The notes under the pieces were generated by a model. The model was not told the origin of the DNA. It made no database searches and worked only from the letters and a program-made list of their open reading frames with translations. From Eledone cirrhosa (taxonomy: Eukaryota): a stretch of DNA of 64,000 nucleotides. The stretch's first letter is position 1; the number at the start of each line of letters is the position of its first letter. Positions 44,793-59,052 of the stretch are shown piece by piece. The stretch covers positions 11,036,001 to 11,100,000 of the forward strand of contig OZ024751.1 in NCBI GenBank assembly GCA_964016885.1. Direction: 5' to 3'. The position numbers and the translations under genes are program-made.

Positions 44793-45575
44793 CTAGCAGA
44801 AAAACCACCCTTCGGTGGTTTTCTGCTAGCATGTGTAGTGTGTATTCTGATACTATACGCAGTTATTGTAGATATGATACATCAAATAAAATCGTAATTG
44901 ACAATATACACATAAATTGAACGAAGTCTGCGTTACACTGTCTTATGTTATCAGTAACGTAATCCATGATACATAAAAAAAGCGATATCTAATATATATT
45001 TGTGAAATGGGTGGTGGTTGAAATTCAGATGTGCACGGTTAAATGGTAGTAGACGTGGTCGGACGGACATGAAAATTTAGACATCTATGTAAAAAGTGCC
45101 AAGGAAGCAAAGAGACGAGGTTTCAAATCTCTAACTTGAAAAATGTGGTCCCTAGGTCCCCCAAACAGTCTATTTACTATCGCGTTCGGTGAGTTATTTC
45201 CCCTGTTCTAATACTTGGCTGAGTTATTTACAATTTCATACAAATTTTTAAACTCATCAACGTTCTTTCGCTGTTAACATACAGTACCAATAATTTGAAA
45301 AATATTATTGAAAGTTTATTATAAAGAAGCAGTTTCAGGAAAAAGTGTAAACTATCATACAAACCTTCATAATATGCATTTTTAAACTTGCATATCATCG
45401 ACATTGCTATTTCGCTGTTAATGAACAACGCTTCTCATTGTACGCCACCCAGCCCCAAGTGCATATTTCTATTTTTTTTCCTGAAACTGCTTCTTATAAT
45501 AAACTTTCAATAATAATTTTCAAATTATTAACTTAATAAAAAGTGGCCCCGGGTGCAACCGGGCTCAGCTGCTAG
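44793..45575. mobile_element. Non-autonomous Helitron-like element
   Basis: 3' hairpin cccgg..ccggg plus ctgCTAG|t at 45572-45575; CTAG-bounded hairpin at 44793-44829; internal inverted repeat at about 45292-45345 and 45473-45527. Confidence 0.6.
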
Positions 45576-46056
45576 TTATATATAAACTGCATTAGGAGAA
45601 AATTAGTGACAGAAAATTAGTATGTTTATATAAGCGATGGCCACCGGAAGTGTTGACATCACACACTTTCTCTTTCTATATATATGGTAGTTGAAGTGGT
45701 GGTGGTGGCGACGATATACCGAAAGTGCAACTTTGAAGTCAATTTTAAATTATTAATTTTTACGAATTTGAGTAGATAAATTATGTAATATTCATTTATT
45801 ATTTATTCAAAGTAATCCAACTTATTTTACAAACGGGATAAAAAATAAACCGTACGCAATCCCGCAGACCTTCCTTTATTATAGTTTAGATAGTCCAGAT
45901 TAAACAGGTCTATACGCTCTATTCTGCATACAATAGTGTCGGTTCTTTAACTAACACATATCTTACCAATATATATATATATATATATGAAAATAGTCAG
46001 GATCCCGACGGCTGAGCTCCGGCCGTTTCGACAGCTACATCCGAACTAATAAGCCA

Positions 46057-46102
<46 letters not shown>

Positions 46103-46651
46103 AGTTGACGGGACTAGCATGAGTTTTACTGTTCGTACCGGTTGCATCTCAACGTACTCAATTGGTAATGTAAAATTCCAGATTAGACACAGTTATTCGC
46201 TTCAATACAACACACGTAAATGGATACCTTCAAACTATACCTGTACTCTAGTTTCGGCAACACTTAATGCTGCAATAGAGTGCACAGCATCCATTGCCTG
46301 TATTTATTATGCAACAATTGTACAATCGGTGCGGGTTTCGACTAATCAATAACCAATCGATCGACAGAATTCGATTCCAGTTCGTGTCGGCTATGACAGT
46401 GGATGGGATGGCCAACACAATAAAACATCAGCAACTGAAATCCCTACGCGTCATCACAATGCCGTTAAGCGATTGTTTAATGATTCATGAATTTACGTGA
46501 CGGTAGGAGACGAAATTCAAAGAGTTCTGCTTTCGTTGGATAGTGTTAGTTATTAGACACGTTGGAGAACCTAGTGTGGGGTTCAATCCAGGTCAGGAGC
46601 TAAACATAGAGTCTGTATGTCTGCCTCTCTCACTCTCTCTCTCTCTCTTTG

Positions 46652-46724
<73 letters not shown>

Positions 46725-46810
46725 CCCGAGTTCAATCGGGAATAACCACGGTCTAGTAAGGTACTCAATATATTATATTAGTGGAGTGTGAACATCAATT
46801 TTAACATAGA

Positions 46811-46993
<183 letters not shown>

Positions 46994-47145
46994 ATACACA
47001 AACACGCAGACACACGCACATATATATATATATATATTGGAAGGTGTGTGAAATCCTTGGTACAGTTAGGTATGTTTGAAAAAATGAAAAGAATGACTTC
47101 ACTTGTAGTTTTAAACAATTTGATTTAATTTTATAATATGATTTG

Positions 47146-47530
47146 GTAGAAGGAACGGCCATGGGAATCAAAGTGGTCCCAACATTTGCGACACTCGTTA
47201 TCAGTCACCTAGAGACAAAATTATATTCCCAGCTGCATTCCATCATAAACAATCCATCATAAACATTCCATCATAAACAATCTTCACGAAGAAATAAAAA
47301 TCACCGTGGAATGTAATAAAAAGGAACTACCGTTCTATCATTAAAGTCAAAACAGACTTATTTTACAAACCAACAGATACACACCAATACTTGAATTTCC
47401 GATAAGCACACTCCTCACATACCAAAAGGAACATTCCCTTTAACATGGCAAGACGCATCTGTACCATAGTAACACACCCCACACTACAGGAAAAAAGATT
47501 ATATGAACTAAAAGAGTTCCTTAAAACTAG
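47146..47530 (+). pseudogene. Neptune-type PLE reverse transcriptase relic (internally deleted)
   Basis: GTAMGIKVVPTFATLVISHLETKLY; KELPF; KTDLFYKPTDTHQYLNF; HTKRNIPFNMARRICTIV..EKRLYELKEFL. Confidence 0.85.
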
Positions 47531-48360
47531 ATCTAGCAAATCATAATATAAAATTAAATCAAATTGTTTAGAACTACAAGTGAAGTCATTCTTTTCCTTT
47601 TTTTCCGAGTCTTACAATTAACCTGTTAATAATTCTATTGACTGATTAATTGCATAAGTTTATTTTAAAAACTACCCGGCCGAGAGCTTATTCGATTTGA
47701 GCTGTTTATGCAATTTTGTGCATGGATTTACACATACTGAATTCATTTGCCAAAATCTGAGGTTTTCCCCCTGTGTGTTACACATGTGCTTTTACAAAAC
47801 ACTGTGTCATCCAAACACTGACGCAGAACAAAATACCCGTTGATAACGTGATATTCCTCGTTCGATCATTATACCAAAAGCTTATTGTTTTAAGCAGACA
47901 TTATTATTGATTTAGGTGTCGCAGAAACCCTTTACTGGATTATACCATCAATTCTACGTGTCCGGGTGAATATGTCATTTATTTTGTCTGACCCGTTTAG
48001 CTTGACTCGTTTTTTTTGGCTTAGGTGGTTAATGGCTTCTTGACCGCCTTCTCAGTTTGTATGGCCTTTATAACCTATGTTTATTGCTCTGGTCTCTTTA
48101 GCCCATGGAGCGCTTGCCAGCATGACTCTGAATTTGCGTTGCGTTTCGCCTTTTCTACCCGCCGAAATGCGATTCTCGCTGAATTTATACAAATATATAT
48201 ATTTGCTTGTATGCGTATATATGCATTTATACAGGTATAGATGTATGCATGCAATTGAGGTATTTAAGTCATTAAAAATGGTATTTATTTCATAAGATAT
48301 CAAAATGTATCGACAGTTGTAATATTCCGGAAGCTAGTAACTTGTTGGTAGAGGTGGCGT

Positions 48361-48541
48361 TGGTGGTGGTGTGGAAGGAATGGTTTGGTGGTGGTGTGGA
48401 AGGAATGGTTTGGTGGTGGTGTGGAAGGAATGGTTTGGTGGTGGTGTGGAAGGAATGGTTTGGTGGTGGTGTGGAAGGAATGGTTAGGTGGTGGTGTGGA
48501 AGGAATGGTTTGGTGGTGGTGTGGAAGGAATGGTTTGGTGG
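48361..48541. repeat. 25-bp minisatellite (tggtggtggtgtggaaggaatggtt), about 7 copies
   Basis: Direct reading. Confidence 0.93.
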
Positions 48542-48799
48542 TTATCTAGAACACGTAATAAGTTTTAATTAAGACACATCAGTATCAAGTGATTATTGTA
48601 TCGTCTACTAATGACTTTTTGTCACTTCAACTAATTGACAGTCAACATGGCTACCACAGCTCCGGTTGCTTACTCTGATGTAATGATATAGTTTCAACAT
48701 CAGTGGGTGGTAGCGGTATAATAATAATAATAAAAATGGTGATGATTAGTATTATTACTACTATTGTTATTATTTTTATGTTTTTGTTGTTGCTGTTGT

Positions 48800-48851
<52 letters not shown>

Positions 48852-49032
48852 GCTACTACAAATGGTGGTGGTGGTGATTGTAGTAGTAGTAGTTGTTGTA
48901 TACGAGTAATAGATGTGGGAATTGATTTGCTGATGTTGGCGATGTAGTGTATTTCTTTTGTTGCAATATATTTAGTCCTGTTTAAACCAACATACATAGA
49001 CAATCCTTTATATAAATCAATGTACACACACA

Positions 49033-49118
<86 letters not shown>

Positions 49119-49243
49119 TTTAATACACATACACACGAAATAACAGCAATATATACAACATACATCTATATGTTTGTGTGTGGATGCATGTATGTATCTA
49201 AGTGTATAACATATATGTTTATATTTGTATATATATATATATG

Positions 49244-49275
<32 letters not shown>

Positions 49276-49432
49276 TGTATGTATATATATATATCAGGAT
49301 AGAACCATAACTAGCTATTGAAACGGCAAGAGCTCCGCCGTCGGGTCCTGACTCTTGATAATATATACACACACACACACAAATATATATCTATATATAT
49401 ATATACATTCATATATACTCTTCATTATTATC

Positions 49433-50004
49433 TGGCAGTATCGGTAGATGGTCGGACGCCATGCTTTGACGCATAGAGTTACGGTCCTTGCCATTCTGAG
49501 TTCAAATCCCGTTGAGGTTAACTTTGCCTTTCATCCTTACGGGGTCGATAAAATAAAGTACCAGTAATACACTGGGGTAATTGCTGGCCTTGTGCCAAAG
49601 GTGGAAACAATTATTATCTGAGTTCAAATCCCGCCGAGGTTAACTTTGCCTTTCATCCTTACGGGGTCGATGAAATAAAGTACCAGTAATGTACTGAGTA
49701 ATTGCTGGCCTTGTGCTTAAAGTAAAAACAATTATTATCAGCACATATACATACACTTGTTTGACATTTTATCACATTTTGTCATTTTGAAGTTATTTCT
49801 ATTAGAAATATCTTCATTATATTTATGGTGAATTGGCAGTATTGGTAGAGTGTCAGACATGCTTTCCAGCGTAGTTACGTCCCTTTACGATCTGAGTTCA
49901 AATAACGCCGGGGTTAACTTTACCTTTCATCCTTACGGGGTCGATAAAAGGTACCAGTAATGTACTAGGTAATAGCCCGTGTGCCAAGAAGTAGCAACAA
50001 TTAT
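49433..50004 (+). mobile_element. Cluster of three tRNA-SINE copies
   Basis: 49433-49617, partial tandem copy 49618-49738, and 49827-50004. Confidence 0.9.
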
Positions 50005-50447
50005 GTTTATGTAGTTGGTCTTTACTGTGGTACGTATCACTTATTTCCTTGTTCAACGTCTTTTTCTTCCAGAAATTTCTTCTCCACCTTCGACTACGCC
50101 GACTACAATTACGTCGTCGCCGCCATGTTTATTCTTATGTTTTCGGCCATATTTACATATACATTGTGCGTTTGAAAAAGCATAATTATTATATGTGTTA
50201 TATATATTATTATATCCATTGCCTTCTTTCATTCTCTGTGATATATTTATTTTTACATGATTTACGTTTTTCTTACACAATCTCTTACTATCTCTCTCTC
50301 CCCCTCCACCTCTCTCTCTCTGACTCCCTCTCTCTCTCCCTCCCTCTCTCTCTCATTCTATTTCGCATCTCTCTAGACAAGACTCTCTGAATCTGAGCAT
50401 ACACGCAAACAAACACACCGATACACATATTCATATATATATATATA

Positions 50448-50887
50448 GTAATAATAATAAATTTGAAGAGTAAAATCCAAAGAGGGCTCGATAAAGATAA
50501 ATATATATCAAATATATAAGAACAGTAGGGAAAATATTTATTAAAATAATAGATTAAAGTTTAAGCAAAGAATCGCTGCTTTCACCCTTAACAGGATCTT
50601 CTGAAACTAATAAAGTCAATCTGTGAACGCAGAAGTGATTATTTCAAAAAACGTTGCAACCGGAGGAAGACAGGAAGACGATGCTTTGGTTCGTGGAAAC
50701 GTTCCCTGGCAAATAACGGCAAAAACGAATATAATACGTCATTATTTGGAGCAGGGAAAAACAATTACACGCAAAGACAAAGCCACGTTTATGGTATAAA
50801 AGAAGTCGTAGACTAATATTCTGTTAGTTTCAGAAGATCCCGTTAAGAGTGAAAGCAGCGATTCTTTGCTTAAACTTTAATCTGTTA

Positions 50888-50895
<8 letters not shown>
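50448..50895. mobile_element. Family C fold-back (long - arm with tail, short + arm)
   Basis: HHR-like motifs at 50558-50608(-) and 50826-50876(+); (TA)n on both flanks. Confidence 0.78.
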
Positions 50896-50919
<24 letters not shown>

Positions 50920-51332
50920 ACAATGATATTAATAAATGGAAACTATATTTATAAAACCATATTTATTCTATTATATATATTTCAAGGGAACCAAAATTTT
51001 GGTACGTTATCATCAGATAAAATACAAAGTTTGTTTATAAATATTGACATATCCAGGAATCAGGCCTTAACGGTTTAAGTTCCATCTGGATAGTTAAGGT
51101 CTGATTCCTGGGTATGTCACTATTTATACAACAAACTTTGTATTTTATCTGATGAGCGCGTACGAAAGTGTTGGTACCCTTGAAATATATATAATAGAAT
51201 AAATATGGTTTCATAAATATAGTTTCCATTTATTAATATCATTGATATTTTATACTCCAGAAATACTGTCGAGTGCTTCGAATCTGCTATAAATATATTT
51301 GTTGAATTACCAACAAATTAAATATCCCTTTG

Positions 51333-51334
<2 letters not shown>
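50920..51334. mobile_element. Family A PLE fold-back with two HHR cores
   Basis: HHRs at 50964-51024(-) and 51141-51201(+); short left arm, long right arm. Confidence 0.88.
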
Positions 51335-51402
<68 letters not shown>

Positions 51403-51404
<2 letters not shown>

Positions 51405-51480
51405 TACCCACTCTACTACCGTAAGTATTTAGTACTCTGGTGCGTTATGGTCCATCTGGTTCCTTACCACACATCCTTCG

Positions 51481-51483
<3 letters not shown>
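51403..51483 (+). mobile_element. Family B tail fragment
   Basis: acccactctactaccgtaag...ccttcgtta. Confidence 0.8.
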
Positions 51484-51484
<1 letters not shown>

Positions 51485-51517
<33 letters not shown>

Positions 51518-51549
51518 ATATAGATATATATATATATAAGATATATATA

Positions 51550-51588
<39 letters not shown>

Positions 51589-51622
51589 ATATATATATAT
51601 ATATATAAGATATATATATATA

Positions 51623-51682
<60 letters not shown>

Positions 51683-51936
51683 TATATATATATATATATC
51701 TTATATATATATATATATCTTATATATATATATATATATCTTATATATATATATATATATCTTATATATATATATACATATATATCTTATATATATATAT
51801 ATATATCTTATATATATATATATCTTATATATATATATCTTATATATATATATATATCTTATATATATATATATCTTATATATATATATATCTTATATAT
51901 ATATATATATCTCATATATATATCTTATATATATAT

Positions 51937-51983
<47 letters not shown>

Positions 51984-52008
51984 TATATATATATATATAT
52001 ATATATAT

Positions 52009-52041
<33 letters not shown>

Positions 52042-52104
52042 TATATATATATATATATATATATATCTTATATATATATATATATATATATCTTATATAT
52101 ATAT

Positions 52105-52155
<51 letters not shown>

Positions 52156-52180
52156 TATATATATATATATATATATATAT

Positions 52181-52217
<37 letters not shown>

Positions 52218-52403
52218 TATATATATATATATATATATATATCTTATATATATATATATATATATCTCATATATATATATCTCATATATATATATCTCAT
52301 ATATATATCTTATATATATCTTATATATATATCTCATATATATATATCTCATATATATATATATCTCATATATATATCTTATATATATCTTATATATATA
52401 TCT

Positions 52404-52443
<40 letters not shown>

Positions 52444-52495
52444 TATAAATCTTATAAATATATATATATATATCTTATAAATATATATATATATG
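51485..52495. repeat. (TA)n with taaga/tctta interruptions
   Basis: Direct reading; unit orientation switches near 51650. Confidence 0.92.
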
Positions 52496-53158
52496 TACCA
52501 TTTCACATCATCAAATACAACGAAAAACGGGATTCATCAATCCATATGACCACCACGACTAACTAATCATAACATCATTTAGCAGAACTGTCCAGTAATG
52601 GCATTAATACGAGTGTCCTTGTCTCTCCATCTGTTTTTCTTACTTCTTTTTGTTGCTGCTGCTGTTGTTGTTTATTGTTATTCTTATAGTTATTGTTGTT
52701 GCAGTTGTCGTGATGTTGTTGCTGCTGTCGTTGTATTTGCATTTGTTGTTGTGCAGTTGTTTTAGTTGTTGTAGTTGCAGCCGTAGTAGTGATGTTATTG
52801 TTGTTATTGTGGGAGATGTTGTTGTCGTTGTTGTTGCAGATGATGTTGTTGTTGCTATTTTTGATGTTGTTATTGTAGGAGACTTTGAATTTGTTGTTGT
52901 TGTTGTTGCCGATGTTGTTGTTGTTGTTGTTGCTGATGTTGTTGTTTTTGCAGGCTGTTGTTGTTGTTGTTATTATTGTTTTCGTTGCTATTTTTGGTGT
53001 TGTTATTGTGGGAGGCGTTGAATTTGTCGTTATTGTTGTTGCTGATGTTGTTGTTGTTGTTATTATTGTTGTCGTTGCTATTTATGGTGTTGTTATTGTG
53101 GGAGACGTTGTTGTTGGCGGAGTTATTGTTCGTAGCGTTGTTAATATTAATCGTGGCC

Positions 53159-53330
53159 GGTGGATTGGCAATATCGCAGGAGCCTCGGACACCCTACTAC
53201 ATGGCATAGAGCTGCGTCCCTTTATGTTCTGGGTTAAATTCCTGCCTATGTTAGCCTTGCCTTTCATCCTTAGGGGGCCGATGAAAATAAAGTACCAGTC
53301 GTGTACTGGGGTCGATTTAATGGAATTTCT
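53159..53330 (+). mobile_element. Diverged tRNA-SINE
   Basis: Family homology. Confidence 0.8.
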
Positions 53331-54357
53331 CCTCCCACCAAGCGGCAGTCCTTGTGTCTGAAGCATAAACTATTATCGTTGGTGTTGTTATTATTGGTAT
53401 TGCCGGTAGTGGTGTTGTTGCTGCTGATAACGTTATCTACAGAGATGGTCAGGGCGTGGTGGTGGTAGTGGTGGTGGTGTTGATGGTGGGGGTGTTGCTG
53501 GTGTTGCTGGTGTTGCTGGTGTTGTTGATGGTGGTGGTGGTGGTTTTGGTGGTGTTGATGGTGGTGGTGTTGATGGTGGCGGTGGTGTTGGTGGTGGTGT
53601 TGGTGGAGGTGGTGTTGGTGGTGGTGGTGGTGGTGGTGGTGGTGCTGATGGTGGTGGTGGTGGTTTTGGTGTTGACGGTGGTGGTGTTGATGGTGGTGGT
53701 GGTGGTTTTGGTGTTGACGGTGGTGGTGTTGATGGTGGTACGGTTGATATTGATGGTGGTGGTGGTGTTGATGGTGGTGGTGGTGGTGGTGTTGATGGTG
53801 GTGGTGGTGGTGTTGACGGTGGTGGTGTTGATGGTGGTGGTGGTGGTGTTCATGTTGATGGTGGTGGCGGTGTTGATGGTGGTGGTGGTGTTGGTTGTGG
53901 TGTTGCTGGTGGTGGGTGGTGTTGATTGTTGATGGTGGTGGTGGTGGTGGTGGTGTTGATGGTGGTGGTGGTGATGATGGTGGTGGCGGTGGTGGTGGTG
54001 GGATTGCTATACTGCTAAATGTCGCAATGTAGGTGTGATTCAACATTAATAGAATCTAGAGATGTTGATAACGACAATGTTGATAACGACAGTGGTGATA
54101 ACGACGGTGGTGATAACGACAGTGGTGATAACGACAGTGGTGATAACGACAGTGGTGATAACAACGATGATGACGATAGTGATGCTGGTGTTGGTAATTA
54201 TAGTGATGAGAATGTATGGTGATGATGATGATGACAATAATGATGACGATACGACACACAGAGCATAATTTCATTTGTCTGCGGAGATGAATAGAATATA
54301 AAAACATGACACTCCCTCTCACATACTGACACACATCGTACATATATATACATATAT

Positions 54358-54425
<68 letters not shown>

Positions 54426-54428
54426 TTA

Positions 54429-54460
<32 letters not shown>

Positions 54461-54527
54461 GAGGAGAGAGAGAGAGTGAGAGAGCTATATATATATATAT
54501 AACCATATATATGTATATATATATAGC

Positions 54528-54588
<61 letters not shown>

Positions 54589-54598
54589 CCATATATTG

Positions 54599-54648
<50 letters not shown>

Positions 54649-54731
54649 GTGTATATACATATATATACATATAAATATATATAATATATATATAGACATA
54701 TATATATACATATATATATATACATATAAAT

Positions 54732-54765
<34 letters not shown>

Positions 54766-54779
54766 ATACATATATATAG

Positions 54780-54851
<72 letters not shown>

Positions 54852-54876
54852 GTGTGTATATACATATATAGACATA

Positions 54877-54928
<52 letters not shown>

Positions 54929-55451
54929 TACACATATATATAGATATATATACAGAGAGAGAGGGAGAGAGAGGAAGAGGGAAAGAGAAGGATGTTTGTT
55001 GTGAAAGATATCTATTGGAGAGCTTAGTTTATGCAGATGAAGCTGTATTGGTGTTTTCACATATAATTTGTAGATATCGTGTTTGTACGAACCAACCATT
55101 TCTTCATCCTCATTTTTCTGTTATTTTCATGTTTTTTTTCATGTTTTTTTTATGCGACATTTTTAATATATTGTTTATGTTTCTCATTATATGTTTATTT
55201 GTTCTCTTTCACTTCACCTATATATATATATATATTGTTATGCACACACGGATCTCTCTCTCTCACTCTACCTCCATCTCTCTCCCCCTCCCACTCCCTC
55301 TCTCCCCCTAGCTCTCTCTATATATAGGGAGTCCCCAAAATGTGTATATACATTTTTGACACACACAAACACACACATTTATAAAACATATCTACACACT
55401 TATATATAATATATTAATATATGTATATACATATATATAGACACATATACA

Positions 55452-55512
<61 letters not shown>

Positions 55513-55899
55513 CATGTGTCCGTTTAGATATTTTTCTCATCGTCCTCCATCCATCTACAGTCATTGTTTACTTACTATTTGCCTATTTCTACTTAGGAGT
55601 ACATAATTACATGTCTCTTGTTGGATAGCTTTTACTTTTCTGTGAAATATGCGTGTATTCGCGTGTCTGTGTGTGTGAATGATCATGTGTTTATGTGTGT
55701 CTGTGTGTATGTGTGTATGTGTCTGTGTTTATGTGTGTCTCTGTGTAAGTCTGTGCATAGGGAGCACGATGTAAATCAATCTATACAGAGACACTTAAGT
55801 GTATACAAACACACACACATACATATATATATATACATTCACATATACACTCATACATATGTATGAGTGTATATTTCGGTATGTATGTGTGTATGCATG

Positions 55900-55933
<34 letters not shown>

Positions 55934-56165
55934 TGTATGTATGTATGTATGTATGTATGTATGATGTATGTATGTATGTATGTATGTAAGTATGGGATAA
56001 CTCTGATATAAAACCTGCGGCTCAGTAGTTACCGATTGTGTTGATCTTTTCTTCTTTTCGGGTTATAGCTACTGTCGCTCAGAGAGTGGGATTGGCTCAG
56101 TGCACAGTCTTTCCTCATTTTAAAAAAATATCTTCACGCACAGACATTGCATAATAGTATTACTT

Positions 56166-56283
56166 AATTGTTTCTACTTTTGGCACAAGGCCAGCAATTA
56201 TCCCAGAGCATTACTGGTATTTTATTTTATCAACCCCGTAAGGATGAAAGGCAAAGTTAACCTCGGGTTGATTTGAACTCAGA
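56166..56283 (-). mobile_element. 5'-truncated tRNA-SINE
   Basis: Family homology. Confidence 0.88.
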
Positions 56284-56504
56284 AAATTCAGTGTAGATTG
56301 TCTCTAGTCTTAAGCTTTGATATGTCTTATTGCACATTTATGTGTGTATGAATATATTTCATTCACTTTCTTATAATGATTAAGGCTCGATTTTATTCTC
56401 TGAATTCTATCTTGAGCTGTTTTTAGAGACAAGACATGTTTGATATGTATGATTTTGTATCATTCATGACACCATTTACCTTGAAAGTAATAATAATAAT
56501 AATG

Positions 56505-56690
56505 ATTGTTTCTACTTTTGGCACAAGGCCAGCAATTATCTCAGTGTATTACTGGTACTTTATTTTATCGACCCTGTAAGGATAAAAGATAAAGTTAGCC
56601 TCGGCGGGATTTGAACTCAGACCATAAAGGGCCGTAACTCTTTGCTGCAAAGCATGGCGTCCGACCCTCTACCGATACTGCCAATCCACC
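56505..56690 (-). mobile_element. tRNA-derived SINE
   Basis: Family homology, full length. Confidence 0.92.
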
Positions 56691-56724
<34 letters not shown>

Positions 56725-56750
56725 TATATATATATATATATTTATATATA

Positions 56751-56841
<91 letters not shown>

Positions 56842-56864
56842 TTATATATATTTATATATATATT

Positions 56865-56895
<31 letters not shown>

Positions 56896-56929
56896 ATTTA
56901 TATATATATATATATTTTTTATATATATT

Positions 56930-57002
<73 letters not shown>

Positions 57003-57005
57003 ATT

Positions 57006-57056
<51 letters not shown>

Positions 57057-57090
57057 ATTTATATATATATATATATTTTTTATATATATT

Positions 57091-57163
<73 letters not shown>

Positions 57164-57166
57164 ATT

Positions 57167-57217
<51 letters not shown>

Positions 57218-57229
57218 TTATATATATAT

Positions 57230-57260
<31 letters not shown>

Positions 57261-57261
57261 A

Positions 57262-57292
<31 letters not shown>

Positions 57293-57293
57293 A

Positions 57294-57358
<65 letters not shown>

Positions 57359-57487
57359 AATATATATATATAATTATTATTATCATCATTATTATTAATA
57401 ATAATGATACTGCCAATACTCTACCGATACTGCCAATCCACCTAATAATAATAATAATAATGATAATAATAATTATATATATATATT

Positions 57488-57552
<65 letters not shown>

Positions 57553-57660
57553 TTATATATATATATAAATATATATATATGTATATATATTTACATATAT
57601 TTATATATATATTCATATATATATATATTTATATATATATATATATTTTTTATATATATT

Positions 57661-57801
<141 letters not shown>

Positions 57802-57844
57802 ATATATATATATTTCTTTCTCTCTGTATTTTCACTGCTAGAGT

Positions 57845-58115
57845 GAACCTCTTCAAATGAAGTTGATGTTTATTACGGTATGTCGAATATATTTATCTAT
57901 AAAACTGTTTATATTGTATTTTGTCTGATGAAGGCATAGCATATTGTTAATATGATATCCCCGAAATATATATAATGAAATAAATATGGTTTTATAAATA
58001 TAGTTTTCCATTTATTTAATATTGTAAATATACTCCAAGTATTTGTCGAGTGCTTTTATATCAGTTATAAATATTTACTAGTTGTAACCCAACAATTTTA
58101 AATATAACTTTACAT
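57845..58115 (+). mobile_element. Family A pLTR, long form, with HHR (57917-57982)
   Basis: CTGATGA (57925), GAAA (57963), tatata-TA, atgaaata; full tail present. Confidence 0.85.
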
Positions 58116-58245
58116 ATATATTTATATATATATTTATATATATATATTCATATATATATATTTATATATAAATATATATATATATTTATATATATATATT
58201 TATATATATTTATATATATATATTTATATATATATTTATATATAA

Positions 58246-58276
<31 letters not shown>

Positions 58277-58290
58277 TATATATATATATT

Positions 58291-58347
<57 letters not shown>

Positions 58348-58392
58348 ATATATATTTATATATTTATATATATATATTTATATATATATATT

Positions 58393-58467
<75 letters not shown>

Positions 58468-58486
58468 ATTTATATATATATATATT

Positions 58487-58697
<211 letters not shown>

Positions 58698-58740
58698 TAT
58701 ATATATATATATTTATATATATATTATATATATATATATT

Positions 58741-58854
<114 letters not shown>

Positions 58855-58866
58855 TATATATATATT

Positions 58867-58947
<81 letters not shown>

Positions 58948-59052
58948 TATATATATATATATTTATATATATATTATATATATATATATTTATATATATA
59001 TCATATATATATATTTATATATATATATTTATATTTATATATATATTTATAT

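Noticed and set aside
47700-47910. hAT transposase-like HCVIQ motif
   Set aside because: It is a single short motif with stops nearby and no supporting motifs.
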